A DNA stretch of 64,000 nucleotides from contig OY762897.2 in assembly GCA_963666515.2 (NCBI GenBank), positions 1,920,001 through 1,984,000 on the forward strand. Direction: 5' to 3'. Under the pieces are notes generated by a model. That model was not told the origin of the DNA. It worked only from the letters and a program-made list of their open reading frames with translations, and did not search any database. The DNA is from Candidatus Binatia bacterium. GTDB taxonomy: Bacteria; Desulfobacterota; Binatia; UBA9968; JAJDTQ01. Numbering within the stretch: position 1 is the stretch's first letter; every line of letters starts with the position of its first letter. Shown in pieces: positions 48,712-57,554 of the stretch. The translations under genes and the position numbers were made by a program.

Positions 48712-51700
48712 TTCACGACCAGCAACTGGAACACCGACCAGACCGTCACCCTCCAAGCCGCCAAGGACAACGACGGAGACAACGGAACCGCCGTCTTCAA
48801 GCATTCCGCATCCGGTGGCGGCTACAACTCAGTCACGGCCGAACTCACCGCCACCGAAAGCGACAACGACACCAAGGGCCTCACCCTGTCATCGCCCTCG
48901 GGGGTCACCGTGACGGAAGGCTCCACCGCCAGCTACAAGGTCAAGCTCGCCACCAAGCCCAGCGACGACGTCACCGTCACCGTTGCCCGAAAGACCGGCA
49001 GCGAACAGGACTCCGATCTCTCGGTCAAGACCGGATCATCGCTCACCTTCACCACCGCCAACTGGAACACGGATCAGACCGTCACCCTGCAGGCGGCGGA
49101 GGATGGCGACGGCGACAACGGAACCGCTGTCATCAAACACACCGCCTCCGGCGGCGGATACAACTCGGTGACGGCCGAACTCACCGCCACCGAGTCCGAC
49201 AACGACACCAAGGGCTTCACCCTCAACCCCACCAGCGTCACCGTCACCGAGGGCTCCACCGCCAGCTACAAGGTCAAGCTGACCACTAAACCCAGCGCCA
49301 GTGTCACCGTCACGGTCGCCCGAAAGTCCGGCAACGAACAGGACTCCGATCTCTCGGTCAAGACCGGATCATCGCTCACTTTCACCACCGCCAACTGGAA
49401 CACCGACCAGACCGTCACCCTGCAGGCCGCCGAGGACAACGACGGCGACAACGGAACCGCGGTCATCAAACACACCGCCTCCGGCGGAGGCTACGGCTCG
49501 GTCACCGCTGAACTCACCGCCACCGAGTCCGACAACGACACCAAGGGCTTCACCCTCAACCCCACCAGCGTCACCGTCACCGAGGGCTCCACCGCCAGCT
49601 ACAAGGTCAAGCTCGCCACCAAACCTAGCGCCAGCGTAACCGTCTCCGTCGCCCGAAAGTCCGGCAACGATCAGGACTCCGATCTCTCGGTCAAGACCGG
49701 ATCATCGCTCACCTTCACCACCGCCAACTGGAACACTGACCAGACCGTCACCCTGCAGGCGGCCGAGGACAACGACGGCGACAACGGAACCGCGGTCATC
49801 AAGCACACCGCCTCCGGCGGCGGATACAACTCGGTGACGGCCGATCTCACCGCCACCGAGTCCGACAACGACACCAGGGGCTTTACCCTCAACCCCACCA
49901 GCGTCACCGTCACCGAGGGCTCCACCGCCAGCTACAAGGTCAAGCTCACCACCAAGCCCAGCGACGACGTCACCGTCTCCGTCGCCCGCAAGTCCGGCAG
50001 CGATCAGGACTCCGACATCAGCGTCAAGACCGGATCATCGCTCACCTTCACCACCGCCAACTGGAACACCGACCAGACCGTTACCCTTCAGGCCGCCGAG
50101 GACAACGACGGCGACAACGGAACCGCCGTCTTCAAGCACACCGCCTCCGGCGGAGGCTACAACTCAGTCACCGCCGAACTCACCGCCACCGAAAGCGACA
50201 ACGACACCAAGGGCTTCACCCTGTCATCGCCCTCGGGGGTCACGGTGACGGAAGGCTCCACCGCCAGCTACAAGGTCAAGCTCGCCACCAAGCCCAGCGC
50301 CAGCGTAACCGTCTCCGTCGCCCGAAAGTCCGGCAACGAACAGGACTCCGATCTCTCGGTCAAGACCGGATCATCGCTCACCTTCACCACCGCCAACTGG
50401 AACACGGATCAGACCGTCACCCTGCAGGCGGCTGAGGACAACGACGGCGACAACGGAACCGCGGTCATCAAACACACCGCATCCGGTGGAGGCTACGGCT
50501 CGGTCACCGCTGAACTCACCGCCACCGAGTCCGACAACGACACCAAGGGCTTCACCCTCAACCCCACCAGCGTCACCGTCACCGAGGGCTCCACCGCCAG
50601 CTACAAGGTCAAGCTCGCCACCAAGCCCAGCGACGACGTCACGGTCACCGTGGCCCGCAAGTCCGGCAACGAACAGGACTCCGATCTCTCGGTCAAGACC
50701 GGATCATCGCTCACTTTCACCACCGCCAACTGGGACACCGACCAGACCGTCACCCTCGAAGCCGCCGAGGACAACGACGGAGACAACGGAACCGCCGTCA
50801 TCAAGCACTCCGCCTCCGGCGGCGGATACAACTCGGTGACGGCTGATCTCACCGCCACCGAGTCCGACAACGACACCAGGGGCTTCACCCTCAACCCCAC
50901 CAGCGTCACTGTCACCGAGGGCTCCACCGCCAGCTACAAGGTCAAGCTCACCACCAAGCCCAGCGCCAGCGTAACCGTCTCCGTCGCCCGAAAGACCGGC
51001 AACGAACAGGACTCCGATCTCTCGGTCAAGACCGGATCATCGCTCACCTTCACCACCTCCAACTGGAACACCGACCAGACCGTCACCCTGCAGGCGGCGG
51101 AGGACAACGACGGAGACAACGGAACCGCCGTCATCGGGCACTCCGCCTCCGGCGGCGGCTACAACTCGGTGACGGCTGATCTCACCGCCACCGAGTCCGA
51201 CAACGACACCAGGGGCTTCACCCTCAACCCCACCAGCGTCACCGTTACCGAGGGCTCCACCGCCAGCTACAAGGTCAAGCTCACCACCAAGCCCAGCGCC
51301 AGCGTAACCGTGACGGTCGCCCGAAAGACCACTGGAAGCCAGGACTCCGACATCAGCATCAAGACCGGCAGTTCGCTCACCTTCACCACCTCGAACTGGA
51401 ACACCGACCAGACCGTCACCCTGCAGGCCGCCGAGGATGGCGACGGCGACAACGGTACCGCCGTCTTCAAGCACACCGCCTCCGGCGGCGGATACAACTC
51501 GGTGACGGCTGATCTCACCGCCACCGAGTCCGACAACGACACCAGGGGCTTCACCCTCAACCCCACCAGCGTCACCGTTACCGAGGGCTCCACCGCGAGC
51601 TACAAGGTCAAGCTCAACACCAAGCCCAGCGCCAGCGTAACCGTGACGGTCGCCCGAAAGACCACCGGAAGCCAGGACTCCGACATCAGCGTCAAGACCG

Positions 51701-54700
51701 GTTCATCGCTGACGTTCACCACATCCAACTGGAACACCGACCAGACCGTCACCCTCGAAGCCGCCGAGGATGGCGACGGCGACAACGGAACCGCCGTCTT
51801 CAAGCACACTGCCTCCGGCGGCGGATACAACTCGGTGACGGCTGATCTCACCGCCACCGAGTCCGACAACGACACCAGGGGCTTCACCCTCAACCCCACC
51901 AGCGTCACCGTTACCGAGGGCTCCACCGCGAGCTACAAGGTCAAGCTCAACACCAAGCCCAGCGCCAGCGTAACCGTGACGGTCGCCCGAAAGACCACCG
52001 GAAGCCAGGACTCCGACATCAGCGTCAAGACCGGTTCATCGCTGACGTTCACCACATCCAACTGGAACACCGACCAGACCGTCACCCTCGAAGCCGCCGA
52101 GGATGGCGACGGCGACAACGGAACCGCCGTCTTCAAGCACACTGCCTCCGGCGGCGGATACAACTCGGTGACGGCCGATCTCACCGCCACCGAGTCCGAC
52201 AACGACACCAGGGGCTTCACCCTCAACCCCACCAGCGTCACCGTTACCGAGGGCTCCACCGCGAGCTACAAGGTCAAGCTCAACACCAAGCCCAGCGCCA
52301 GCGTAACCGTGACGGTCGCCCGAAAGACCACCGGAAGCCAGGACTCCGACATCAGCGTCAAGACCGGTTCATCGCTGACGTTCACCACATCCAACTGGAA
52401 CACTGACCAGACCGTCACCCTCGAAGCCGCCGAGGATGGCGACGGCGACAATGGAACCGCGGTCTTCACCCACACCGCCTCCGGCGGCGGATACAACTCG
52501 GTGACGGCTGATCTCACCGCCACCGAGTCCGACAACGACACCAGGGGCTTCACCCTCAACCCCACCAGCGTCACCGTCACCGAGGGCTCCACCGCCAGCT
52601 ACAAGGTCAAGCTCAACACCAAACCCAGCGCCAGCGTAACCGTCTCCGTCGCCCGAAAGACCACCGGAAGCCAGGACTCCGACATCAGCGTCAAGACTGG
52701 CGCCTCGCTCACCTTCACCACCTCCAACTGGAACACCGACCAGACCGTCACCCTCGAAGCCGCCGAGGATGGCGACGGCGACAATGGAACCGCGGTCTTC
52801 ACCCACACCGCCTCCGGCGGCGGATACAACTCGGTGACGGCTGATCTCACCGCCACCGAGTCCGACAACGACACCAGGGGCTTTACCCTCAACCCCACCA
52901 GCGTCACCGTCACCGAGGGCTCCACCGCCAGCTACAAGGTCAAGCTCAACACCAAACCCAGCGCCAGCGTAACCGTCTCCGTCGCCCGAAAGACCACCGG
53001 AAGCCAGGACTCCGACATCAGCGTCAAGACTGGCGCCTCGCTCACCTTCACCACCTCCAACTGGAACACCGACCAGACCGTCACCCTCGAAGCCGCCGAG
53101 GATGGCGACGGCGACAATGGAACCGCGGTCTTCACCCACACCGCCTCCGGCGGCGGATACGGCTCCGTCACCGCAGAACTCACCGCCACCGAGTTCGACA
53201 ACGACGCCCACGGAATCACCCTCCCCGCCGACACCCTCACCGTCAAAGAGAACGGCGAGACCAGCTACCGATTCCGACTCGCCGCACGGCCCGCCGAAGA
53301 CGTCACCGTCTCCGTGACGCGGACCTCCGGGGACCAGGACATCTCGGTCAAGACCGGCGCCTCGCTCACCTTCACCAACGCCAACTGGAACACCGACCAG
53401 ACCGTCACCCTGCAGGCGGCCGACGACCACGACCACATCAACGGCTCCGCAGTGTTCACCCACACCGGCGCCGGAGGTGGCTACGACGGCGTCACCGCCG
53501 AGTTCACCGCCACCGAGAACGACGACGACACCCCCGGAATCATCCTCTCCACCGGCACCCTCACCGTCAACGAGAACGGCGAGAGCAGCTACCACGTCCG
53601 GCTGGCCTCCCAGCCCCTCGAGAACGTCACCGTCTCCGTCACGCGGACCTCCGGGGACCCGGACCTCTCGCTCAGGACCGGCGCCTCGCTCACCTTCACC
53701 AACGCCAACTGGAACGCCGCCCGGACCGTCACCTTGCAGGCGGCCGGCGACCACGACCACATCAACGGCTCCGCAGTGTTCACCCACACCGGCGCCGGCG
53801 GTGGCTACAACGGCGTCACCGCCTCGCTCACCGCCAACGAGAACGACGACGACACCGCCGAAATCATCCTCTCCACCAGCACCCTCACCGTCAGCGAGAA
53901 CGGCGAGAACAGCTACAACGTCCGGCTGGCCTCCCAGCCCCTCGAGGACGTCACCGTCTCCGTCACGCGGACCTCCGGGGACCAGGACCTCTCGCTCAAG
54001 ACCGGCGCCTCGCTCACCTTCACCAACGCCAACTGGAACGCCGGCCAGACCGTCACCTTGCAGGCGGCCGACGACCACGACCACATCAACGGCTCCGCAG
54101 TCTTCACCCACAGCGGCGCCGGCGGGGGCTACGACGGCGTCACCGCCCGGCTCACCGCCACCGAGAACGACGGCGACACCGCCGAAATCATCCTCTCCAC
54201 CAACACCCTCACCGTCAACGAGGACGGCGAGACCAGCTACCAGGTCCGGCTGGCCACCCAGCCCCTCGAGAACGTCACCGTCTCCGTCACGCGGACCTCC
54301 GGGGACCAGGACCTCTCGCTCAGGATCGGCGCCTCGCTCACCTTCACCAACGCCAACTGGAACACCGGCCAGACCGTCACCTTGCAAGCGGCCGGCGACC
54401 ACGACCACATCAACGGCTCCGCGGTGTTCACCCACAGCGGCGCCGGCGGGGGCTACGACGGCGTCACCGCCTCGCTCACCGCCACCGAGAACGACGGCGA
54501 CACCGCCGAAATCATCCTCTCCGCCAACACCCTCACCGTCAACGAGAACGGCGAGACCAGCTACCAGGTCCGGCTGGGCACCCAGCCCCTCGATGACGTC
54601 ACCGTCTCCATCTCGCGGACTTCCGGGGACCAGGACCTTTCGGTAAAGACCGACGCCTCGCTCACCTTCACCAACGCCAACTGGAACACCGCCCAGACCG

Positions 54701-56562
54701 TCACCCTGCAGGCAGCCGGCGACCCGGACGGCATCAGCCACACGGCCGTGTTCACCCACACCGCCTCCGGCGGCGGCTACGACAATACAACCGCGACGTT
54801 GACGGCGACCGAGGGCGACACCGATCCGGCCCCCGGACCCACGGTGGCGCCGTCGAGCGTGTCGCTGGCCGAGGGCGGCTCCACGGGCAGCTACACGGTG
54901 ACGCTGGCGTACCGACCGACCTCGAACGTGACCGTGACGGTGGCGAGCGAGGACCCGGATGCGGTGACCGCGAGTCCGACGACGCTGACGTTCACGCCCG
55001 CGGACCATTCGGCCGCCCAGACGGTGACGCTGACCCCGGTGGACGACCCGGACAATGCCCACGAGTCGGTGACGGTCACGAACACGGCGTCGGGCGGGGG
55101 CTACGGCGATTCGGCCGACGTCACGGTCACCGTGACGGATGACGAGGGCGTCACGAAGGAGCGGATCAACGAGGTCAAGGAAAGGGTGCTGCCCGATGTG
55201 ATGGCGGTGGCGTCGGCAGCCACGCAGGTGCCGATCGCGACACGCATCGACCAGGCGGCCAGCGGCGCTTTACCGGTGCAATTCCCCGGTTTCGACGCCG
55301 CGTACCAAGTCCCGGATCGAGCTTGGGAAGAACGCTTCGACGAGCCGAGAGAGCCATGGCAGACGCACGATCCGTTCGAGTTCGCCCGCAGGCTTTCCGG
55401 CAAATCGTTCACGTTGCGGGCGTTGGACGACGAGTCGCAGGAGACGCCCGGCGGCATCGGCGTCTGGGGAAGCATCGACTACCGCTCGCTGTCGAGCAGC
55501 AGCGACAAAACCCTGGAATGGAAGGGAGACGCCGCGGCCGTCTTCGTGGGCGCCGACACCCGGGCGCGCGACGACCTGCTGGTGGGAGTGCAGCTCTCCC
55601 AGGACTGGGCGACCATCGACTACACGGAGCGGAGCGGCGACACCCCGCGCACCGGCGAGATCAAGACCCGCGTGACCAGCGCGGCGCCCTATGCCGGCTG
55701 GTTCCCGACGGAGGGGCTTCGCCTCTGGGGAACCGTCGGTTTCGGCCGGGGAAAGCTCGAGATCGACGACGAGCTGTCGATCCACGAGACCACCGACCTC
55801 ACCCGGATCTCCATCGCCGGGGGCGCGACCCGCGAGCTGGCGTCCAGTGACAAGCTCCTTCCCGGCGGCGAGACCACGCTGGCGCTCCAGGGCTCGGTGT
55901 CGGTGACCTGGGCCCTCATCGCGGACAACGGCGGCGACATCGACGCGCTGACGGTGCGCATGGACGTGGTGCGGATGAGCCTCGACGGCGGGTACGTGCG
56001 CCGACTCGCCGCGGGCGGCACGCTTGAGCCGTCGGTCCAGCTCGGACTGCGCTTCGACGGCGGCGACGGCGAGACCGGAACCGGCATGGAGGTCGGCGGC
56101 ACGCTCCGGTACCTGAAGCCGGCGGCCGGTCTCACCGTAATGGGACGCAGCCGCACGTTGCTGTTGGCCGACGACCGCGCGGAGTGGGGCGTGGGCGGAC
56201 TGATCCGCCTCGACCCGGGCGCCGACGGGAAGGGCCTGTCCGTGAGCCTGGCGCCGGACTGGGGCCACACCGACAGCGCCATCGAGCGGCTCTGGAAGCA
56301 GGGTGCGAAAGACATGACGGCCAACGACGACGCGGGTGGACGCATCAACGCAGAGATCGGCTACGGCCTGCCCACCCCCGGCGGCCGCGGGACGCTCACG
56401 CCCGTGACCGGTCTCTCCCTGGCCAAGGGCTCGCGGACCTACAGCGCCGGCGTGCGGTTCAAGAACGCCGCCCTGAACCTCGGCCTCGAAGGCCAGCGCA
56501 TCGACAGGGATGCCGCGCGCCCCGAGTACGGCGTCAACCTGCGGTTGAATCTGCGGTTCTAG
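48712..56562 (+). CDS. Adhesin segment 3: SGGGY repeats and C-terminal autotransporter beta-barrel
   Basis: Frame resumes after the MITE; C-terminus has GVWGSIDY, VFVGAD, PYAGW, GLRFDGGDGETGTGMEVGG, AEIGYGL and ends NLRLNLRF. Confidence 0.88.
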   Translation, partial: FTTSNWNTDQTVTLQAAKDNDGDNGTAVFKHSASGGGYNSVTAELTATESDNDTKGLTLSSPSGVTVTEGSTASYKVKLATKPSDDVTVTVARKTGSEQDSDLSVKTGSSLTFTTANWNTDQTVTLQAAEDGDGDNGTAVIKHTASGGGYNSVTAELTATESDNDTKGFTLNPTSVTVTEGSTASYKVKLTTKPSASVTVTVARKSGNEQDSDLSVKTGSSLTFTTANWNTDQTVTLQAAEDNDGDNGTAVIKHTASGGGYGSVTAELTATESDNDTKGFTLNPTSVTVTEGSTASYKVKLATKPSASVTVSVARKSGNDQDSDLSVKTGSSLTFTTANWNTDQTVTLQAAEDNDGDNGTAVIKHTASGGGYNSVTADLTATESDNDTRGFTLNPTSVTVTEGSTASYKVKLTTKPSDDVTVSVARKSGSDQDSDISVKTGSSLTFTTANWNTDQTVTLQAAEDNDGDNGTAVFKHTASGGGYNSVTAELTATESDNDTKGFTLSSPSGVTVTEGSTASYKVKLATKPSASVTVSVARKSGNEQDSDLSVKTGSSLTFTTANWNTDQTVTLQAAEDNDGDNGTAVIKHTASGGGYGSVTAELTATESDNDTKGFTLNPTSVTVTEGSTASYKVKLATKPSDDVTVTVARKSGNEQDSDLSVKTGSSLTFTTANWDTDQTVTLEAAEDNDGDNGTAVIKHSASGGGYNSVTADLTATESDNDTRGFTLNPTSVTVTEGSTASYKVKLTTKPSASVTVSVARKTGNEQDSDLSVKTGSSLTFTTSNWNTDQTVTLQAAEDNDGDNGTAVIGHSASGGGYNSVTADLTATESDNDTRGFTLNPTSVTVTEGSTASYKVKLTTKPSASVTVTVARKTTGSQDSDISIKTGSSLTFTTSNWNTDQTVTLQAAEDGDGDNGTAVFKHTASGGGYNSVTADLTATESDNDTRGFTLNPTSVTVTEGSTASYKVKLNTKPSASVTVTVARKTTGSQDSDISVKTGSSLTFTTSNWNTDQTVTLEAAEDGDGDNGTAVFKHTASGGGYNSVTADLTATESDNDTRGFTLNPTSVTVTEGSTASYKVKLNTKPSASVTVTVARKTTGSQDSDISVKTGSSLTFTTSNWNTDQTVTLEAAEDGDGDNGTAVFKHTASGGGYNSVTADLTATESDNDTRGFTLNPTSVTVTEGSTASYKVKLNTKPSASVTVTVARKTTGSQDSDISVKTGSSLTFTTSNWNTDQTVTLEAAEDGDGDNGTAVFTHTASGGGYNSVTADLTATESDNDTRGFTLNPTSVTVTEGSTASYKVKLNTKPSASVTVSVARKTTGSQDSDISVKTGASLTFTTSNWNTDQTVTLEAAEDGDGDNGTAVFTHTASGGGYNSVTADLTATESDNDTRGFTLNPTSVTVTEGSTASYKVKLNTKPSASVTVSVARKTTGSQDSDISVKTGASLTFTTSNWNTDQTVTLEAAEDGDGDNGTAVFTHTASGGGYGSVTAELTATEFDNDAHGITLPADTLTVKENGETSYRFRLAARPAEDVTVSVTRTSGDQDISVKTGASLTFTNANWNTDQTVTLQAADDHDHINGSAVFTHTGAGGGYDGVTAEFTATENDDDTPGIILSTGTLTVNENGESSYHVRLASQPLENVTVSVTRTSGDPDLSLRTGASLTFTNANWNAARTVTLQAAGDHDHINGSAVFTHTGAGGGYNGVTASLTANENDDDTAEIILSTSTLTVSENGENSYNVRLASQPLEDVTVSVTRTSGDQDLSLKTGASLTFTNANWNAGQTVTLQAADDHDHINGSAVFTHSGAGGGYDGVTARLTATENDGDTAEIILSTNTLTVNEDGETSYQVRLATQPLENVTVSVTRTSGDQDLSLRIGASLTFTNANWNTGQTVTLQAAGDHDHINGSAVFTHSGAGGGYDGVTASLTATENDGDTAEIILSANTLTVNENGETSYQVRLGTQPLDDVTVSISRTSGDQDLSVKTDASLTFTNANWNTAQTVTLQAAGDPDGISHTAVFTHTASGGGYDNTTATLTATEGDTDPAPGPTVAPSSVSLAEGGSTGSYTVTLAYRPTSNVTVTVASEDPDAVTASPTTLTFTPADHSAAQTVTLTPVDDPDNAHESVTVTNTASGGGYGDSADVTVTVTDDEGVTKERINEVKERVLPDVMAVASAATQVPIATRIDQAASGALPVQFPGFDAAYQVPDRAWEERFDEPREPWQTHDPFEFARRLSGKSFTLRALDDESQETPGGIGVWGSIDYRSLSSSSDKTLEWKGDAAAVFVGADTRARDDLLVGVQLSQDWATIDYTERSGDTPRTGEIKTRVTSAAPYAGWFPTEGLRLWGTVGFGRGKLEIDDELSIHETTDLTRISIAGGATRELASSDKLLPGGETTLALQGSVSVTWALIADNGGDIDALTVRMDVVRMSLDGGYVRRLAAGGTLEPSVQLGLRFDGGDGETGTGMEVGGTLRYLKPAAGLTVMGRSRTLLLADDRAEWGVGGLIRLDPGADGKGLSVSLAPDWGHTDSAIERLWKQGAKDMTANDDAGGRINAEIGYGLPTPGGRGTLTPVTGLSLAKGSRTYSAGVRFKNAALNLGLEGQRIDRDAARPEYGVNLRLNLRF

Positions 56563-56564
56563 GA

Positions 56565-57554
56565 TTAGTGAGAGTCGTTTCCCGCACGCCGATCTTCTTC
56601 CAACAACCCGAGTGCAGTACCGCTGAGGACCCGCTCAAGCTCCGCCGCCGGCCAGGGCCGGGCGCGGAGCGCGGCCAGCACCGCCTTGCTGCCGTCGGGC
56701 ACGTGGGGCTCGTCGGTGCCGTAGACCAGGCGGTCGGCGCCGAAGGTGGCGCGGGCGCAGTCGAGGGCGGGGCCGGACACGGTGACGGTATCGTACCAGC
56801 ACCGGCGCAGGTATTCGCTGGGCGGGCGCAGGCACTTCTCGTAGCGGCGGTAGCCCCGGTCAATGCGGTCCAGCACCATGCACAGGCCGCCGCCGCAGTG
56901 GGACCAGACGATACGGACATCGGGGCAATCTTCGAGCACGCCGCCCAGGGCGAGCTTGGCCGCGGCCATGGCGGTTTCGCCGAGGTAGCCGACGGAGAGG
57001 TACTCACCCCGGTCGTTGGCCGGGCCGTCGATGGGGAACGTGGGGTGTACCAGCACCAGCAGGCGGCGGCGGTGGGCTTCGTTCCAGAACTCCCGGATCT
57101 CCGGGGCGTCCAGCGTGCGGCCGCCGACGGTTGTGGTGATACAGGCGCCCACGGCGCCCAGGCCCGTGGCCCGGTCCAGTTCGTCCACCAGCGTTGCCGT
57201 GTCCGTGAACGGCAGCGCGGCGACAAAGCGGAACCGGTCCGGGTGTTCGCGGCAGGCTTCCGCCAGACCGTCGTTGACCGTGCGCGCGGCGGCCGGACCG
57301 GCCCAGCCGGTGTCGAGGGCGCCGACGGACAGGACCTCGACCTTGACGCCGGCCTCGTCCATGACTCCCAGGCGCGCGCCTAGATCGGCTTTTGCGGGCG
57401 CGGACATGGTGTGGCTGCCGCGGCAGGTGAGCGACAGGCCGCGTTCCGACCGGATCAGGGCGAACTCGGGCCGGGTCTTCAATATCTCGTCGAAGCATCC
57501 CTCGGGGTAGTGGTGGGCGTGCATGTCGACGATGTCGCCGGGCGCGATGCTCAT
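56565..57554 (-). CDS. Amidohydrolase_2 family protein (decarboxylase-like)
   Basis: IVDMHAHHYP, RLGVMDEAGV, NDGLAE, VLVHP, SHCGG, WYDTV, LVYGTDEPH. Confidence 0.88.
   Translation of the reverse strand: MSIAPGDIVDMHAHHYPEGCFDEILKTRPEFALIRSERGLSLTCRGSHTMSAPAKADLGARLGVMDEAGVKVEVLSVGALDTGWAGPAAARTVNDGLAEACREHPDRFRFVAALPFTDTATLVDELDRATGLGAVGACITTTVGGRTLDAPEIREFWNEAHRRRLLVLVHPTFPIDGPANDRGEYLSVGYLGETAMAAAKLALGGVLEDCPDVRIVWSHCGGGLCMVLDRIDRGYRRYEKCLRPPSEYLRRCWYDTVTVSGPALDCARATFGADRLVYGTDEPHVPDGSKAVLAALRARPWPAAELERVLSGTALGLLEEDRRAGNDSH

Larger units (their letters stand above)
47345..55145 (+). repeat. Tandem Ig/Calx-beta-like 'LTFT..NWNT...HTASGGGY' repeats (~23 units, mostly 333-bp then 324-bp period)
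   Basis: Near-identical units; the antisense ORF track shows the period (51267, 51600, 51933, 52266, 52599, 52932; then 53265, 53589, 53913, 54237, 54561). Confidence 0.9.
27621..56562 (+). pseudogene. Giant autotransporter adhesin (~9,590 aa reconstructed), interrupted by a frameshift and a MITE
   Basis: Removing the 179-bp insertion (MITE + one TSD) and restoring one C gives 28,764 nt, divisible by 3, from signal peptide to a beta-barrel ending in F. Confidence 0.85.

Noticed and set aside
47690-54780. Regular repeats as a CRISPR array
   Set aside because: Units are 324-336 bp in-frame coding repeats with no unique spacers, and no cas genes are present
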